64,000 bases of DNA from Candidatus Yanofskybacteria bacterium (GCA_016181045.1 JACPAB010000002.1:61126-125125); one strand, 5' to 3'; counted from the stretch's first letter, positions 50,413 to 59,658 are shown. Numbers and translations: made by a program. The notes: generated from the sequence alone by a model not told the origin.

Positions 50413-51483
50413 TTATTTAAAAAGTTCGAGGATCTCTCTTTTGAATCTTTCCGTGGAAAATTTCATGGCTTGGTATCGTATTTCCATTTGGTCGTATGAC
50501 CCGTAATTCTCGTTCAGCCGCCGGATGCCGTCGGCCAGCGCCTCCGGTATCGGGTCGTCGAAGAACTCGCCGTGCAGTCCTTCGGTTATGGTTTCCAGCG
50601 CTCCCCCTTTTCTTAAGGCTAGTACCGGCTTGCCGAAGCTCATCGCCTCCAGCGGCGTCAGGCCGAAGTCCTCTTCCTGGGGCATGATGAATGCTTTGCA
50701 ATTCCGGTAATATTCTGCCACCTCTTTGTCGCTCTTATATCCGACCAGTTTGATGTTCTTGCCGGCCATATTTTTTAGACGTCCCATATCCGGCCCGTCG
50801 CCGACAACCACGAGCTCGTATACCAGCTTATTGAATGCTTCTATTGCGATATCGATGTTTTTATACGGATGCAGCCGGGAAACTATCAAATAATATCCTA
50901 AATTATCCACAGATTTATCATTAACGACCTTCAAGGTCGTTATGGATACTGGCGGGTAGATTATCTTGGCGTCGCGGCGGTAGTATTTTTGTATTCTGTC
51001 ACGGACATTTTCCGAGATAGCGACAAAAGTATCCACCCTTTCGGAGGCCTGCCTGTCCCAGATGCGCAGGAGATGTTGGGCCAATTTTGCCGGCCAGGAG
51101 CTGTGCTCGTATTCGGTATGTCTGTCCCAGAGGAATCTCGTCGGGCTGTAGCAGTAACAGATATGTCTGGTCTTGGGTTTCAGAATAAGCCCTTTAGAAA
51201 ATATGACCGACGATGAAATAACGACATCATAATCGGACATATCGAATGACTCGATGGCGCTTGGCATCAGGGGTAGCAAAAAAGGATATGTTTTCGTGAC
51301 GAATGGGAACTTTTGTAGGCCGCTCGGAATAATTTTTGCGTCCGGCAGGTGTTCTTTGACGAATTTTTTGTTGTAAAAAAGAGCGTATATCGACGCGTCG
51401 GGGAATATCTTATGGAGTTCTATTAAAACACGTTCGGCTCCGCCGAGATTATTAAGCCAGTCATGAACGAGAGCAACGCGCAT
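50413..51483 (-). CDS. Glycosyltransferase family 4
   Basis: VHDWL..GGAERV, EDFGLTPLEAM. Confidence 0.92.
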   Translation of the reverse strand: MRVALVHDWLNNLGGAERVLIELHKIFPDASIYALFYNKKFVKEHLPDAKIIPSGLQKFPFVTKTYPFLLPLMPSAIESFDMSDYDVVISSSVIFSKGLILKPKTRHICYCYSPTRFLWDRHTEYEHSSWPAKLAQHLLRIWDRQASERVDTFVAISENVRDRIQKYYRRDAKIIYPPVSITTLKVVNDKSVDNLGYYLIVSRLHPYKNIDIAIEAFNKLVYELVVVGDGPDMGRLKNMAGKNIKLVGYKSDKEVAEYYRNCKAFIMPQEEDFGLTPLEAMSFGKPVLALRKGGALETITEGLHGEFFDDPIPEALADGIRRLNENYGSYDQMEIRYQAMKFSTERFKREILELFK

Positions 51484-51484
51484 A

Positions 51485-52486
51485 TTATCTTTTTGCCAAT
51501 ACGTTCCGTTTGTAAGTGTCCAAATTTTCTAAAACTATTCCTGTGCCGCGGGCGACGCAGAAGAGCGGGTCGTCAGCTATCTGGGCCGGAACGCCGGTCA
51601 CTTTTGTAATAAGTTTATCGATATTCTTAAGCAATGCGCCCCCGCCGGAGATGTGAATTCCTTTGTCCATAATGTCCGAACACAATTCCGGCGGCGTCCT
51701 CTCAAGGACGCTTTTGATTATCTGAACCACCTCTCTTAAATGTTCCGTAATGGCCTCGGTCACTTCGTTCGAAGTTATCTCGATGGTTTTCGGGAACCCG
51801 GTAGCCAGATCGCGTCCGCGGATGTTTATTTTTTCTTCGCTGGCTTCTTTCATGGCTGTGCCGATGGATATTTTTATCAATTCAGCCGTTCTTTCGCCTA
51901 TTGCCAGGCCATGCTTCTTTTTGATGTATTCGACGATGGCCAGGTCGAGCTTGTTGCCTCCGATACGCACCGACTCCCAACTCACGATACCGCCCAAAGA
52001 TATGACGGCAATTTCGGTCGTGCCTCCGCCGATGTTCAATATCATGTTTCCCGAAGGGCTGTTTATGGGTATCTTGGCTCCGATGGCGGCAAGCACCGGC
52101 TCTTTGACCAGATAAACGGCTTTAGCGCCGGCATTCAATGCGGCTTCGATGACGGCCCTTCTTTCGGTCGAGGTAACTCCGGCCGGCACGGAAATAAGAA
52201 CCTCCGGTTTGACAAGACCAAAAAATCCACCCGCCTTTTTAATAAAATACTTAAGCATCGCTCCGGTGACGCGGTAGTCGGCAATGGCGCCATCCACCAT
52301 CGGGCGCGAGACGATAATGCTGTCCGGCGTCCGGCCTATCATTTCTTTGGCCAGGTTGCCTACGGAAAGTATCTTATTGTCGAGAATAGAAATCGCAACC
52401 ACCGACGGCTCGTTGAGGATGATCCCTTTTTTTGGAAGGAATACTACTGTGTTGGTTGTTCCTAAATCAATTCCGATCTTTTTCAC
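51485..52486 (-). CDS. mreB: Rod shape-determining protein MreB
   Basis: [28 protein letters not shown]. Confidence 0.96.
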   Translation of the reverse strand: MKKIGIDLGTTNTVVFLPKKGIILNEPSVVAISILDNKILSVGNLAKEMIGRTPDSIIVSRPMVDGAIADYRVTGAMLKYFIKKAGGFFGLVKPEVLISVPAGVTSTERRAVIEAALNAGAKAVYLVKEPVLAAIGAKIPINSPSGNMILNIGGGTTEIAVISLGGIVSWESVRIGGNKLDLAIVEYIKKKHGLAIGERTAELIKISIGTAMKEASEEKINIRGRDLATGFPKTIEITSNEVTEAITEHLREVVQIIKSVLERTPPELCSDIMDKGIHISGGGALLKNIDKLITKVTGVPAQIADDPLFCVARGTGIVLENLDTYKRNVLAKR

Positions 52487-52528
52487 GATGCTTTAATTTA
52501 ATCCTATTTTTTGTTAAAATCAATCCTA

Positions 52529-53404
52529 ATGACCAAGAAGACAAAGAGGGCCCTATTCTATGCCGCGGTGGTTATTTTTTTATTCGCGAGCTACATTCTC
52601 GTCCTCTACGCCCAGGGCTATAAATACAGCTTCGAAGCCGTCCGGTTTTATCGCACCGGTTCCGTTTATGTTAAAGCCAATGCCGGAGCAAAAGTGTATC
52701 TGGACGACAAACTAACGGGCACCACCTCTTTTCTCGGAAACTCCAAGACCATCAACGGCCTTCTGCCGGGTGAATATTCCGTCCGCCTGGCTCGGGATGA
52801 CCAGTATTCTTCGTGGGAAAAGAGGTTCGTTATCGAGGAGGGTTTTGTAAATGAATTTTCTAAAATAATCCTGTTCCCTGTCGCGGGAGAGGGAAAAGAG
52901 ACCTTTGAACTGGAGCTGGAAGAAATTCTTTATCCTTCGGTGCCGACCCCTTCTCCCTCGCCCACTGTCTCGGGATCTCCGGCTCCAACGCCTTCGACAA
53001 AACCGACTCCGAAGAGAACTCTCACGCCTTCGCCTTCTCCCTCGACGGACTCGGGACCTACGGCTGAACCGTATTACCTTAAAAACAATATTTTGTATAA
53101 GAATAACGGCCCGGAGAATGCTCCGACCCAATTAGTTGTGAATGTGAAGAGTTTTTCTTTATCGCAAGACAACAACAAACTCGCCTACTGGAGCGGAAGA
53201 GAGTTGTGGGTCGTGTGGTTCAACGACACTAATTATCAGCCGTTAAGAAAAGCCGGAGATAAAGAACGTATCATTCGCATCTCAAGGCCGGTCATTAAAG
53301 CCGCCTGGTATAAAGATACCGACTGGCTTGTCGTAGATGACGGTAAAAATTATAAAGTCCTCGAAACCGACACCCGCGGCGGGGTGAATATCGTGGAGTT
53401 TTAA
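52529..53404 (+). CDS. Membrane-anchored PEGA-domain protein with Pro/Ser/Thr linker
   Basis: TM, GAKVYLD...LLPGEY.V; PTPSPSPT repeats. Confidence 0.8.
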   Translation: MTKKTKRALFYAAVVIFLFASYILVLYAQGYKYSFEAVRFYRTGSVYVKANAGAKVYLDDKLTGTTSFLGNSKTINGLLPGEYSVRLARDDQYSSWEKRFVIEEGFVNEFSKIILFPVAGEGKETFELELEEILYPSVPTPSPSPTVSGSPAPTPSTKPTPKRTLTPSPSPSTDSGPTAEPYYLKNNILYKNNGPENAPTQLVVNVKSFSLSQDNNKLAYWSGRELWVVWFNDTNYQPLRKAGDKERIIRISRPVIKAAWYKDTDWLVVDDGKNYKVLETDTRGGVNIVEF

Positions 53405-53423
53405 AACCGACTATTCGTCGGTT

Positions 53424-53780
53424 TTATTGCGGAGTGCCGAATACTTGGCCGTCTATTTCTTCAACCATTAGCAGGAGGCCGGGATGGTTTTCTCTCATGA
53501 ATGTCAGGAGTTCTTTCAACAGCCGGTCTTCATCAATCATGAGCCGGACTCCCAGGAATCCGGTGTCCAGCGCGCCGTGTTGACGAAGCTTCGACAGCAC
53601 CTCCGGTACTGTCGGGCAATCTCCGTTCCAGACAATACCAGTCGGAGTTTGTTCGGAGGCATTTATGACCTCAAATGTTGCCGCGGCAATCTCTGTGTCG
53701 CCCTTTTCAAAGAAGAACATGACGCCGTTGATGAGCCCGCCTACTTCGTTATACGCATAGAGCATAACACCCCCTCGCAT
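53424..53780 (-). CDS. Hypothetical protein
   Basis: 118-aa ORF; GAGGGGG SD before an internal ATG; hairpin downstream. Confidence 0.55.
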   Translation of the reverse strand: MRGGVMLYAYNEVGGLINGVMFFFEKGDTEIAAATFEVINASEQTPTGIVWNGDCPTVPEVLSKLRQHGALDTGFLGVRLMIDEDRLLKELLTFMRENHPGLLLMVEEIDGQVFGTPQ

Positions 53781-53804
53781 ACACAGAACTGATTACATTT
53801 AACA

Positions 53805-54146
53805 TTATTTAAGTTCAAGAGCAACTATACCGTGTTTCCGGATTTTTTCTTTGTAATTTGGATAGGTATATAATTCTTCCCGCCATTCTTTTTCCGAGTT
53901 TAATTCCGGCATGATTTTCTTTAGGGAATGCACCTTGAGTAAAGCCCCCGTCGTTTTAAATGTCCTTGCTTTTTTAACTTTTTTTGAAAACCTATCTTTT
54001 CCGCAAACCAAAACAACAACGTCTCCGGCTTTTATGTCTCGGTATCTTTCGGATGCGGCTCGTGTCTCAACGGTTTTCTTTCCGGACTTGATATCGAGAA
54101 AAATATCCCGATTTATCGCCCTGAATTTGAGAGTGTATTTGTCCAT
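53805..54146 (-). CDS. ASCH/PUA-domain protein
   Basis: IKSGKKTVETR...IKAGD; GIVALEL. Confidence 0.8.
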   Translation of the reverse strand: MDKYTLKFRAINRDIFLDIKSGKKTVETRAASERYRDIKAGDVVVLVCGKDRFSKKVKKARTFKTTGALLKVHSLKKIMPELNSEKEWREELYTYPNYKEKIRKHGIVALELK

Positions 54147-54220
54147 TTGTTCCTGAATAATCCCACTTCCCTGCTCAAAAATCAACTTGACTCAAGTAAC
54201 CAATTTTTTATACTTGAAAT

Positions 54221-54493
54221 ATGGAGAAGAAAATGACCATAGATAAGCTCGCGCGAATGACTCAAAATCAATTCGATGAAATTGATAAGCGGTTTGACGC
54301 CGTTGATGTTAGGTTTGATAAAGTGGATGACCGTTTGGATAAGATGCACACTACCCTAAAGACCGTTCTCGATGTTGTCTTAGAAATACCTTCAAAAAAG
54401 GCCTTTGAACGTCTGGAAACTAAGGTGGAAAGCATAGACGCTCGTCTCACTTCGGTAGAAAGAAAAGCCAAAATAAAAAAGCCTCCTGGTTAA
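54221..54493 (+). CDS. Small coiled-coil heptad-repeat protein
   Basis: MTIDKLARM..FDEIDKRFDAVDVRFDKVDDRLD; TTGACT/TATACT promoter directly upstream. Confidence 0.7.
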   Translation: MEKKMTIDKLARMTQNQFDEIDKRFDAVDVRFDKVDDRLDKMHTTLKTVLDVVLEIPSKKAFERLETKVESIDARLTSVERKAKIKKPPG

Positions 54494-54606
54494 GGCGGTT
54501 CAGCGATTTCTCCTCCCAAAGAACACTTGAGCCGATAATACCGTTCTTGGGGCCAGAAATCAAACGGCTGTGGACAAGTGAGCTCGGGATATGATATTAT
54601 ATAAGT

Positions 54607-54670
54607 GGCGCTTGGATGGGCTTGCCCTCTCACGGTCAATGCTTAGCCAAACCGTAGCCAGGTGCCACCA
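54607..54670 (+). ncRNA. Candidate small RNA with tRNA-like acceptor stem and 3' ACCA
   Basis: Promoter TGGACA-18-TATTAT (54571-54600); GGCGCTTGG/CCAGGTGCC + ACCA; terminator immediately after. Confidence 0.6.
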
Positions 54671-54697
54671 AAAAACACCACAAAAGTGGTGTTTTTT
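54670..54697. terminator. Bidirectional intrinsic terminator
   Basis: AAAAAACACCAC-AAAA-GTGGTGTTTTTT. Confidence 0.85.
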
Positions 54698-54702
54698 GTT
54701 TC

Positions 54703-55176
54703 CTAGTCAATCTCTGGGTTGCCATTAAACATCCTTCTTTGATTATTGCTTTTATTAACTTTCCAAAAGGGAATAATACTCCAAAAGTATTTTGGTCCAC
54801 CATCAACTTGTTTTACAATAACACGAACTCGGATGTCGTTTAGAATAGCCACAAATTCATAGTAAACAACGGGTTTCATTACTATCTCTGTTTTATTGTT
54901 ACTTCTCCAAGTTTCAAGGTTTCGAGTATGTGAGATGCCTTGGATTGTTCTCGATAGCTTAATTATCTCTGGGGCCAAATTAATCAAACGCAACCTAATA
55001 TATTGGTCATTTCTGGGACGAGCATGGTTTTTTCGTAAAAATTTTATATGCTCGATGCCTTTAGAGTTAAAAGAAACGTCTTCGTTAAAATAGGGACATT
55101 TTATTTTATCGATCTGCTTATAAAAATCCTCGGCCTTAATTTTCGTAGCTTCAAACTTTTTATCTTCAATTTCCAT
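54703..55176 (-). CDS. Small basic protein, possible BECR/RelE-like ribonuclease
   Basis: 157 aa; GIEHIKF...RLRL...APEII...YYEFVAI...VRVIVKQ...KYFWSIIPFW; fold assignment is inference. Confidence 0.55.
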   Translation of the reverse strand: MEIEDKKFEATKIKAEDFYKQIDKIKCPYFNEDVSFNSKGIEHIKFLRKNHARPRNDQYIRLRLINLAPEIIKLSRTIQGISHTRNLETWRSNNKTEIVMKPVVYYEFVAILNDIRVRVIVKQVDGGPKYFWSIIPFWKVNKSNNQRRMFNGNPEID

Positions 55177-55208
55177 ATTTTAAATAATCCCACTTCCCTG
55201 CCCAAAAA

Positions 55209-55340
55209 TCAACGATTTAATTGGGCTTCAATGACTGCTCGATATTGATTAGACCATGTCTCCAAAAGAATTACTTTATAGGTAATCCAAATAGCCCAGA
55301 ATATTAATATCACAACAACTAACTTACAAATTTTATTCAT
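55209..55340 (-). CDS. 43-aa single-TM peptide
   Basis: MNKICKLVVVILIFWAIWITYKVILLETWSNQYRAVIEAQLNR. Confidence 0.5.
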   Translation of the reverse strand: MNKICKLVVVILIFWAIWITYKVILLETWSNQYRAVIEAQLNR

Positions 55341-55346
55341 GTATCT

Positions 55347-55511
55347 TTATTTTTTTAGACTTCCCTCTATGGTACAGTTGCCTGTAATTTTATTACATTT
55401 AGTTACAAATACTGAATTCTCGTTGATAAAGTAAAGACGCTCCATAAAGACCACAACAGCAATTAAAATTATAATTGCGAGTTTAAACCAACTTTGTTTT
55501 AACCAGGTCAT
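55347..55511 (-). CDS. 54-aa single-TM peptide with Cys pair
   Basis: MTWLKQSWFKLAIIILIAVVVFMERLYF...KCNKITGNCTIEGSLKK; starts 2 nt after the ATPase stop. Confidence 0.55.
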   Translation of the reverse strand: MTWLKQSWFKLAIIILIAVVVFMERLYFINENSVFVTKCNKITGNCTIEGSLKK

Positions 55512-55513
55512 AA

Positions 55514-56995
55514 TTAAATAATTTTCTTCTTATTCATCATCTCCTTTGCTTGCTCCATGCTATCACATATTTTCCCAAAAAATAGATCGAACTCCTCTAA
55601 ATACTGTTTTGGCGTTAAAGTGGTATCTTCAATAGGAACCGTTTGTAGAGCAGCAGTCTCAAGTAAGTAAAATTCATTTCCTCTGGACCTCTTATATCCA
55701 GGAAATACATTGTTAATCACTAATACTTTTCCGCCATCTTTTTCTTCTATCTTGCTTCTGACCATTTCGTCCATACTTCTTATATCCCAATCCATAAAGT
55801 TTCTTAGTCTTCTTCTGCTCCCTATTTTATCTAAAGGCGGTGATGTTCTTGGTTGGTTTTCTCGATTCTTGAGCGAAGCGGGCCTTCCAGTTCGTGGCTC
55901 CTCTCTTGGTTGTGGTGGTTTCTGTCCCACATCCTCGTTTTGCTCCTGAAGATTTAAACCATGATTCCCAACCTCCTTCATTGTCTTTAGTATAGCTTGA
56001 AATAGATCCCGAGCTTTTTTGACACGATTTACATCTTCATCAGTAGGCTCTTCTATCTTTCTTCCTAACAGTTCATCAATGTGAGGTGTTAAAATTCTTC
56101 TCATCTCTTCCTCTACCCTTATCCATTCTTCGGTATCTCTTTTAAAATCCGTCTTGTTTGTATTGACTGGTATAAAATTTAAAGATACTTCCCCAAAAAG
56201 AAAATTCAGACTCCCCTTGTATGTAGGGTCGGGATGCCCAAAGAATTCTCTCTCGCAAATTGATCTACCTTTGTAATAGCACCTCATACCGCCTTTAATT
56301 CCGGATCGAGGAGCCAATCTCCCAATCCAGCCAGAGACATCTTTTCCCAGAGCCGAGAATTTAAAGTTCTCAAGTTTAAACTCAGGGTCGAGAGGGAAGG
56401 GCTCTGGTTTAGCCAAAGCGCCATCGATAAGCAATTCAACATCCCCGCTCTCTATAAGAGGCCTGTAGGTATCTACTAGAATATTTCTGAGCTTATCCTT
56501 GAAATTATCAGTAATATTTATTTTCAAATCCCCGATTTCTATGTGAGTATATCCTTCTTCTGTTTTAGCACTAAGATTAGCTAGTTTATATTCTTTCATT
56601 TGCCGGGTGTCATAAAGGTTGTCATCCTCAATCCTATAAGCATCCCTGCTCCCGGCAGGAGAAGTGGTTAAGGTGAAAGACTTTCCAAGATATCCTATAG
56701 CAGACTTACCGCCTTGACTATAAAGACCTATATCGTATTCGCTCCTTTCCTTGGAACGACCCCAGTCGAAAAATATTTCTAAATCTTTAGAACTCATACC
56801 CTTACCCCCAACATCCTCAATAACTAGTTTTTTTGATTTCGGAATACAAAGAATATTTATTTTAAGCTTGCTACCAACAATTCGGTGACCGACAGAATTA
56901 TCAACTATCTCTTGGATAGCCTCATAGGAATTACTAAAGTTGCTAAATAAAGCAATTTTAATATTTGGATCGAATTTCTCTCTTATTATGTCCAT
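55514..56995 (-). CDS. GHKL (MORC/HATPase_c_3-like) ATPase
   Basis: EAIQEIVDNS, EDVGGKGM, IGLYSQGGKSA, GYT; S5-like NTNKTDF. Confidence 0.85.
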   Translation of the reverse strand: MDIIREKFDPNIKIALFSNFSNSYEAIQEIVDNSVGHRIVGSKLKINILCIPKSKKLVIEDVGGKGMSSKDLEIFFDWGRSKERSEYDIGLYSQGGKSAIGYLGKSFTLTTSPAGSRDAYRIEDDNLYDTRQMKEYKLANLSAKTEEGYTHIEIGDLKINITDNFKDKLRNILVDTYRPLIESGDVELLIDGALAKPEPFPLDPEFKLENFKFSALGKDVSGWIGRLAPRSGIKGGMRCYYKGRSICEREFFGHPDPTYKGSLNFLFGEVSLNFIPVNTNKTDFKRDTEEWIRVEEEMRRILTPHIDELLGRKIEEPTDEDVNRVKKARDLFQAILKTMKEVGNHGLNLQEQNEDVGQKPPQPREEPRTGRPASLKNRENQPRTSPPLDKIGSRRRLRNFMDWDIRSMDEMVRSKIEEKDGGKVLVINNVFPGYKRSRGNEFYLLETAALQTVPIEDTTLTPKQYLEEFDLFFGKICDSMEQAKEMMNKKKII

Positions 56996-57010
56996 AACTG
57001 CGTGTTAGTT

Positions 57011-57799
57011 TTATAAACCCACACTCTTCTTGTAAAAGGCTTCGGCTGAGTCTCCAAAATTTCTTTTAATACACTTGCTTTCCAATTCGCCATAGTCACA
57101 GACGCCCGCTCCACAGTAAGAACCATTAGCACAAGTATATTGAAAATCAATTTTGGTAATTGTTGCTCCCCCATATACCCCAGATTCGTTAAATGGCGCT
57201 ATTAAAACGCGGGCCACCGTTGGGGGAGGTTGCTTAAGAAAGTCCCAAAATTTTATATCCTTTGTTAATTGCTTTGTGACCGAGAATTCTTTGTTGCTAG
57301 TTGCAAGCGAAGTGTTTCCAAGTAAATTTACGACAAATTTTATAGCATGATCTTTAGTAAACACTCCTCCACGCCCCTCGGTCTGCTTAAGGTCAATACT
57401 ATTTGCAGAATTACGAACACCATTCAATACACCGCTTTCAGTACTAAAATTTACAGAAATCATGTGTGGACCATCTCCTATTACGTTTCCATCTACTACG
57501 ATTTTGGCTGTTTCAAATTTGCCATTAAGAGCAAGTCGAATGCTTTCTTTGTCATAAACGGAGGAGTCACTGTATATGTTTGGGGATGGCGAGTAAGAAG
57601 CCGAGCCCAGAAGAGATAAGCTTTGTATGTCTATTAAGGGTGTCGGAGAGATTGTGGGAACCTCATCGTTAGGTGGTAGGGTCGCAGTAGGTACCTGGCT
57701 CGTTCTTAAAACTATAGTTCTAAGAACCCAGCCAGTAAATAAAACTAACACAATAAATAATACTATAAACGTAACTGTTGCTTGGGTTTTGTCGCTCAT
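57011..57799 (-). CDS. Membrane-anchored extracellular beta-rich protein
   Basis: N-terminal TM, P/T linker, Cys-rich C-terminus. Confidence 0.65.
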   Translation of the reverse strand: MSDKTQATVTFIVLFIVLVLFTGWVLRTIVLRTSQVPTATLPPNDEVPTISPTPLIDIQSLSLLGSASYSPSPNIYSDSSVYDKESIRLALNGKFETAKIVVDGNVIGDGPHMISVNFSTESGVLNGVRNSANSIDLKQTEGRGGVFTKDHAIKFVVNLLGNTSLATSNKEFSVTKQLTKDIKFWDFLKQPPPTVARVLIAPFNESGVYGGATITKIDFQYTCANGSYCGAGVCDYGELESKCIKRNFGDSAEAFYKKSVGL

Positions 57800-57800
57800 C

Positions 57801-58193
57801 TTAATCTTTAAAAAATTCGTTGATATTTTTTTTCCAAAAAGGCACAAACATCAGTAACATAGAACAGGGAATGCTAAGCACCGCTAAAACGAGATTGTAG
57901 TAGTTAGAGCCCATCTCAAACCCTTTTACCTTTAGATACCACCACTTGAATCCCAAATAGAGTATATTTAAAAACCCCTGAATTACAAGTGCAAATAATT
58001 CAGCAAAACCCTTAGTGGAGACTACAGTCCCATACAAGAGAGGCGCTATTATTGCTGTAAAGATTATTAGTCCTGATAGGTTTAGGGTTGCCCAAATCAT
58101 GTTGGAGCAGATATCTTTATATTTTTTCTCTGGATTATCGATCAAAAATCGGTGACAGCGTATTAAACGTAGGTTGAGATTTAAACTTTTCAT
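57801..58193 (-). CDS. Small multi-TM membrane protein
   Basis: Three hydrophobic segments after MKSLNL. Confidence 0.55.
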   Translation of the reverse strand: MKSLNLNLRLIRCHRFLIDNPEKKYKDICSNMIWATLNLSGLIIFTAIIAPLLYGTVVSTKGFAELFALVIQGFLNILYLGFKWWYLKVKGFEMGSNYYNLVLAVLSIPCSMLLMFVPFWKKNINEFFKD

Positions 58194-58220
58194 TGAATTC
58201 TCGGTGTTTGAGTTATGTCT

Positions 58221-58259
58221 AAATTTAAAGAGTGCCCACATTTGGGCACTCTTTAAATT
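58221..58259. terminator. Terminator after rpsI
   Basis: AATTTAAAGAGTGCCCA-CATT-TGGGCACTCTTTAAATT. Confidence 0.85.
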
Positions 58260-58824
58260 AACGTTTGCTGAACTGTCCACTCTTCCTTGCTTTTTTGTGG
58301 CCGTACTTGCGTCGTTCTTTGACACGAGGGTCGCGGGTGAGCAGGCCGGATTTCTTGAGCTTCTTGCGGAAGTTGAGGTCAAACAGGACCAGGGCGCGGG
58401 CGATGCCGTGCTTAACGGCGTCGGCCTGGCCTTTGGAGCCGCCGCCTTTGACCAGGACGGTGGCCTTAAACCTATTCAATGACTTGAGCTTCTTTAGAGG
58501 CGATTCTACGACATTCTGGAGGTTAACGTCGGAAAAATACTGGGTGTAGTCCTTGCCGTTGACTTGGACGAGGGCTTTATCGCCGTCCGCCATATCGGAT
58601 GCTTTCTTGGTGAAAAGCCGGACACGGGCGACGGATTCTTTTCTCCGGCCCACGGCCGAGAAGTATTTTTCTTTTCCGTTTGCTCCTTCGCTAAGCTCAG
58701 GACCTGCGGCGTTTACTTCTGTCTCTGCCAATTCTATCTCGGCCTGAACGGGAGCCACTTTCTTGGGCTCTTTGACCTTCTTGGGCTTTACCGGCTTTTT
58801 AGTTGTAGTTTTTTTGGTAACCAT
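58258..58824 (-). CDS. rpsI: 30S ribosomal protein uS9 (N-terminal extension)
   Basis: GRRKESVARVR, GGGSKGQADA, LTRDPRVKERRK, QFSKR. Confidence 0.98.
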   Translation of the reverse strand: MVTKKTTTKKPVKPKKVKEPKKVAPVQAEIELAETEVNAAGPELSEGANGKEKYFSAVGRRKESVARVRLFTKKASDMADGDKALVQVNGKDYTQYFSDVNLQNVVESPLKKLKSLNRFKATVLVKGGGSKGQADAVKHGIARALVLFDLNFRKKLKKSGLLTRDPRVKERRKYGHKKARKSGQFSKR

Positions 58825-58910
58825 ATAAATCAGTTATCATTTATCATTTTCCAGTTTTCAGTAATTGATAACTGATAAATCATTGGAAAATGGTAACTGA
58901 TAATTGTTAA

Positions 58911-59252
58911 CTACTCAAACTTAAGGTTTTTAATTACTTTATCGCGGGTCTTGTTCTTGGGAAGCATGCGGTAAACCATCGCTCTGAAAACATAATTCGG
59001 CCGGGTTGCCCACAACTCGGACAATTTCCTTGCCCTGATGCCGCTGTGGTATCCGGAATAACGGTAGTAGGTCTTGTCGGAGAATTTGTTTCCCGTGAAC
59101 TTGGCCTGGGCCAGATTTTTGACGACAACCTGAACATCGGGCAGTTTGTCCGGCTTGTATGACGGCTTGTCTTTACCGCGCAGCAAAATTGCGACACGTG
59201 ATGCCAGTCTTCCCAGCGTTTGATTGTCTGCGTTTACTTCTACCTTGGTCAT
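58911..59252 (-). CDS. rplM: 50S ribosomal protein uL13
   Basis: LGRLASRVAILLRGK.KP, MLPKN. Confidence 0.97.
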   Translation of the reverse strand: MTKVEVNADNQTLGRLASRVAILLRGKDKPSYKPDKLPDVQVVVKNLAQAKFTGNKFSDKTYYRYSGYHSGIRARKLSELWATRPNYVFRAMVYRMLPKNKTRDKVIKNLKFE

Positions 59253-59307
59253 TGTTTTAGAATCTAGAACTTAGCCATTAGAACTTAGTTTCCTAATTAA
59301 CTAATGG

Positions 59308-59655
59308 CTATTTACTAAGTTCTATTATCGCCATCTCGGCGCCGTCGGATTGCCTTTGGCCGAGCCGGATTACCCTGGTGTATCCGCCCTTCTTGCCCTC
59401 AAAAGCAGGGGCGATCTCGGTGACAAGCTTTTTGACGGCCTTGTCCCCCACTTCGCTCTGCAAAGCCCTGCGTGAAGCCAGGGTCTGTTTCTTGGCAGTG
59501 GTAACCATCTTATCGAAATGGCTGGAAAGCGATTTGGCCTTGGCGACGGTCGTCTTTATCTTGCCGTTATCAATTAATGCGGTGGCCAGCGACTTGTAAA
59601 GCGCTTTTCTCTGCTTGGTCTCTCGGCTGAATTTTCTTTTATTTCCCCTTCGCAT
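59308..59655 (-). CDS. rplQ: 50S ribosomal protein bL17
   Basis: IKTTVAKAK, GGYTRVI, DGAEMAIIEL. Confidence 0.98.
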   Translation of the reverse strand: MRRGNKRKFSRETKQRKALYKSLATALIDNGKIKTTVAKAKSLSSHFDKMVTTAKKQTLASRRALQSEVGDKAVKKLVTEIAPAFEGKKGGYTRVIRLGQRQSDGAEMAIIELSK

Positions 59656-59658
59656 TTT

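Noticed and set aside
54607-54670. Ordinary tRNA gene
   Set aside because: Too short, and lacks the GG D-loop, TTC T-loop and a 7-nt anticodon loop.
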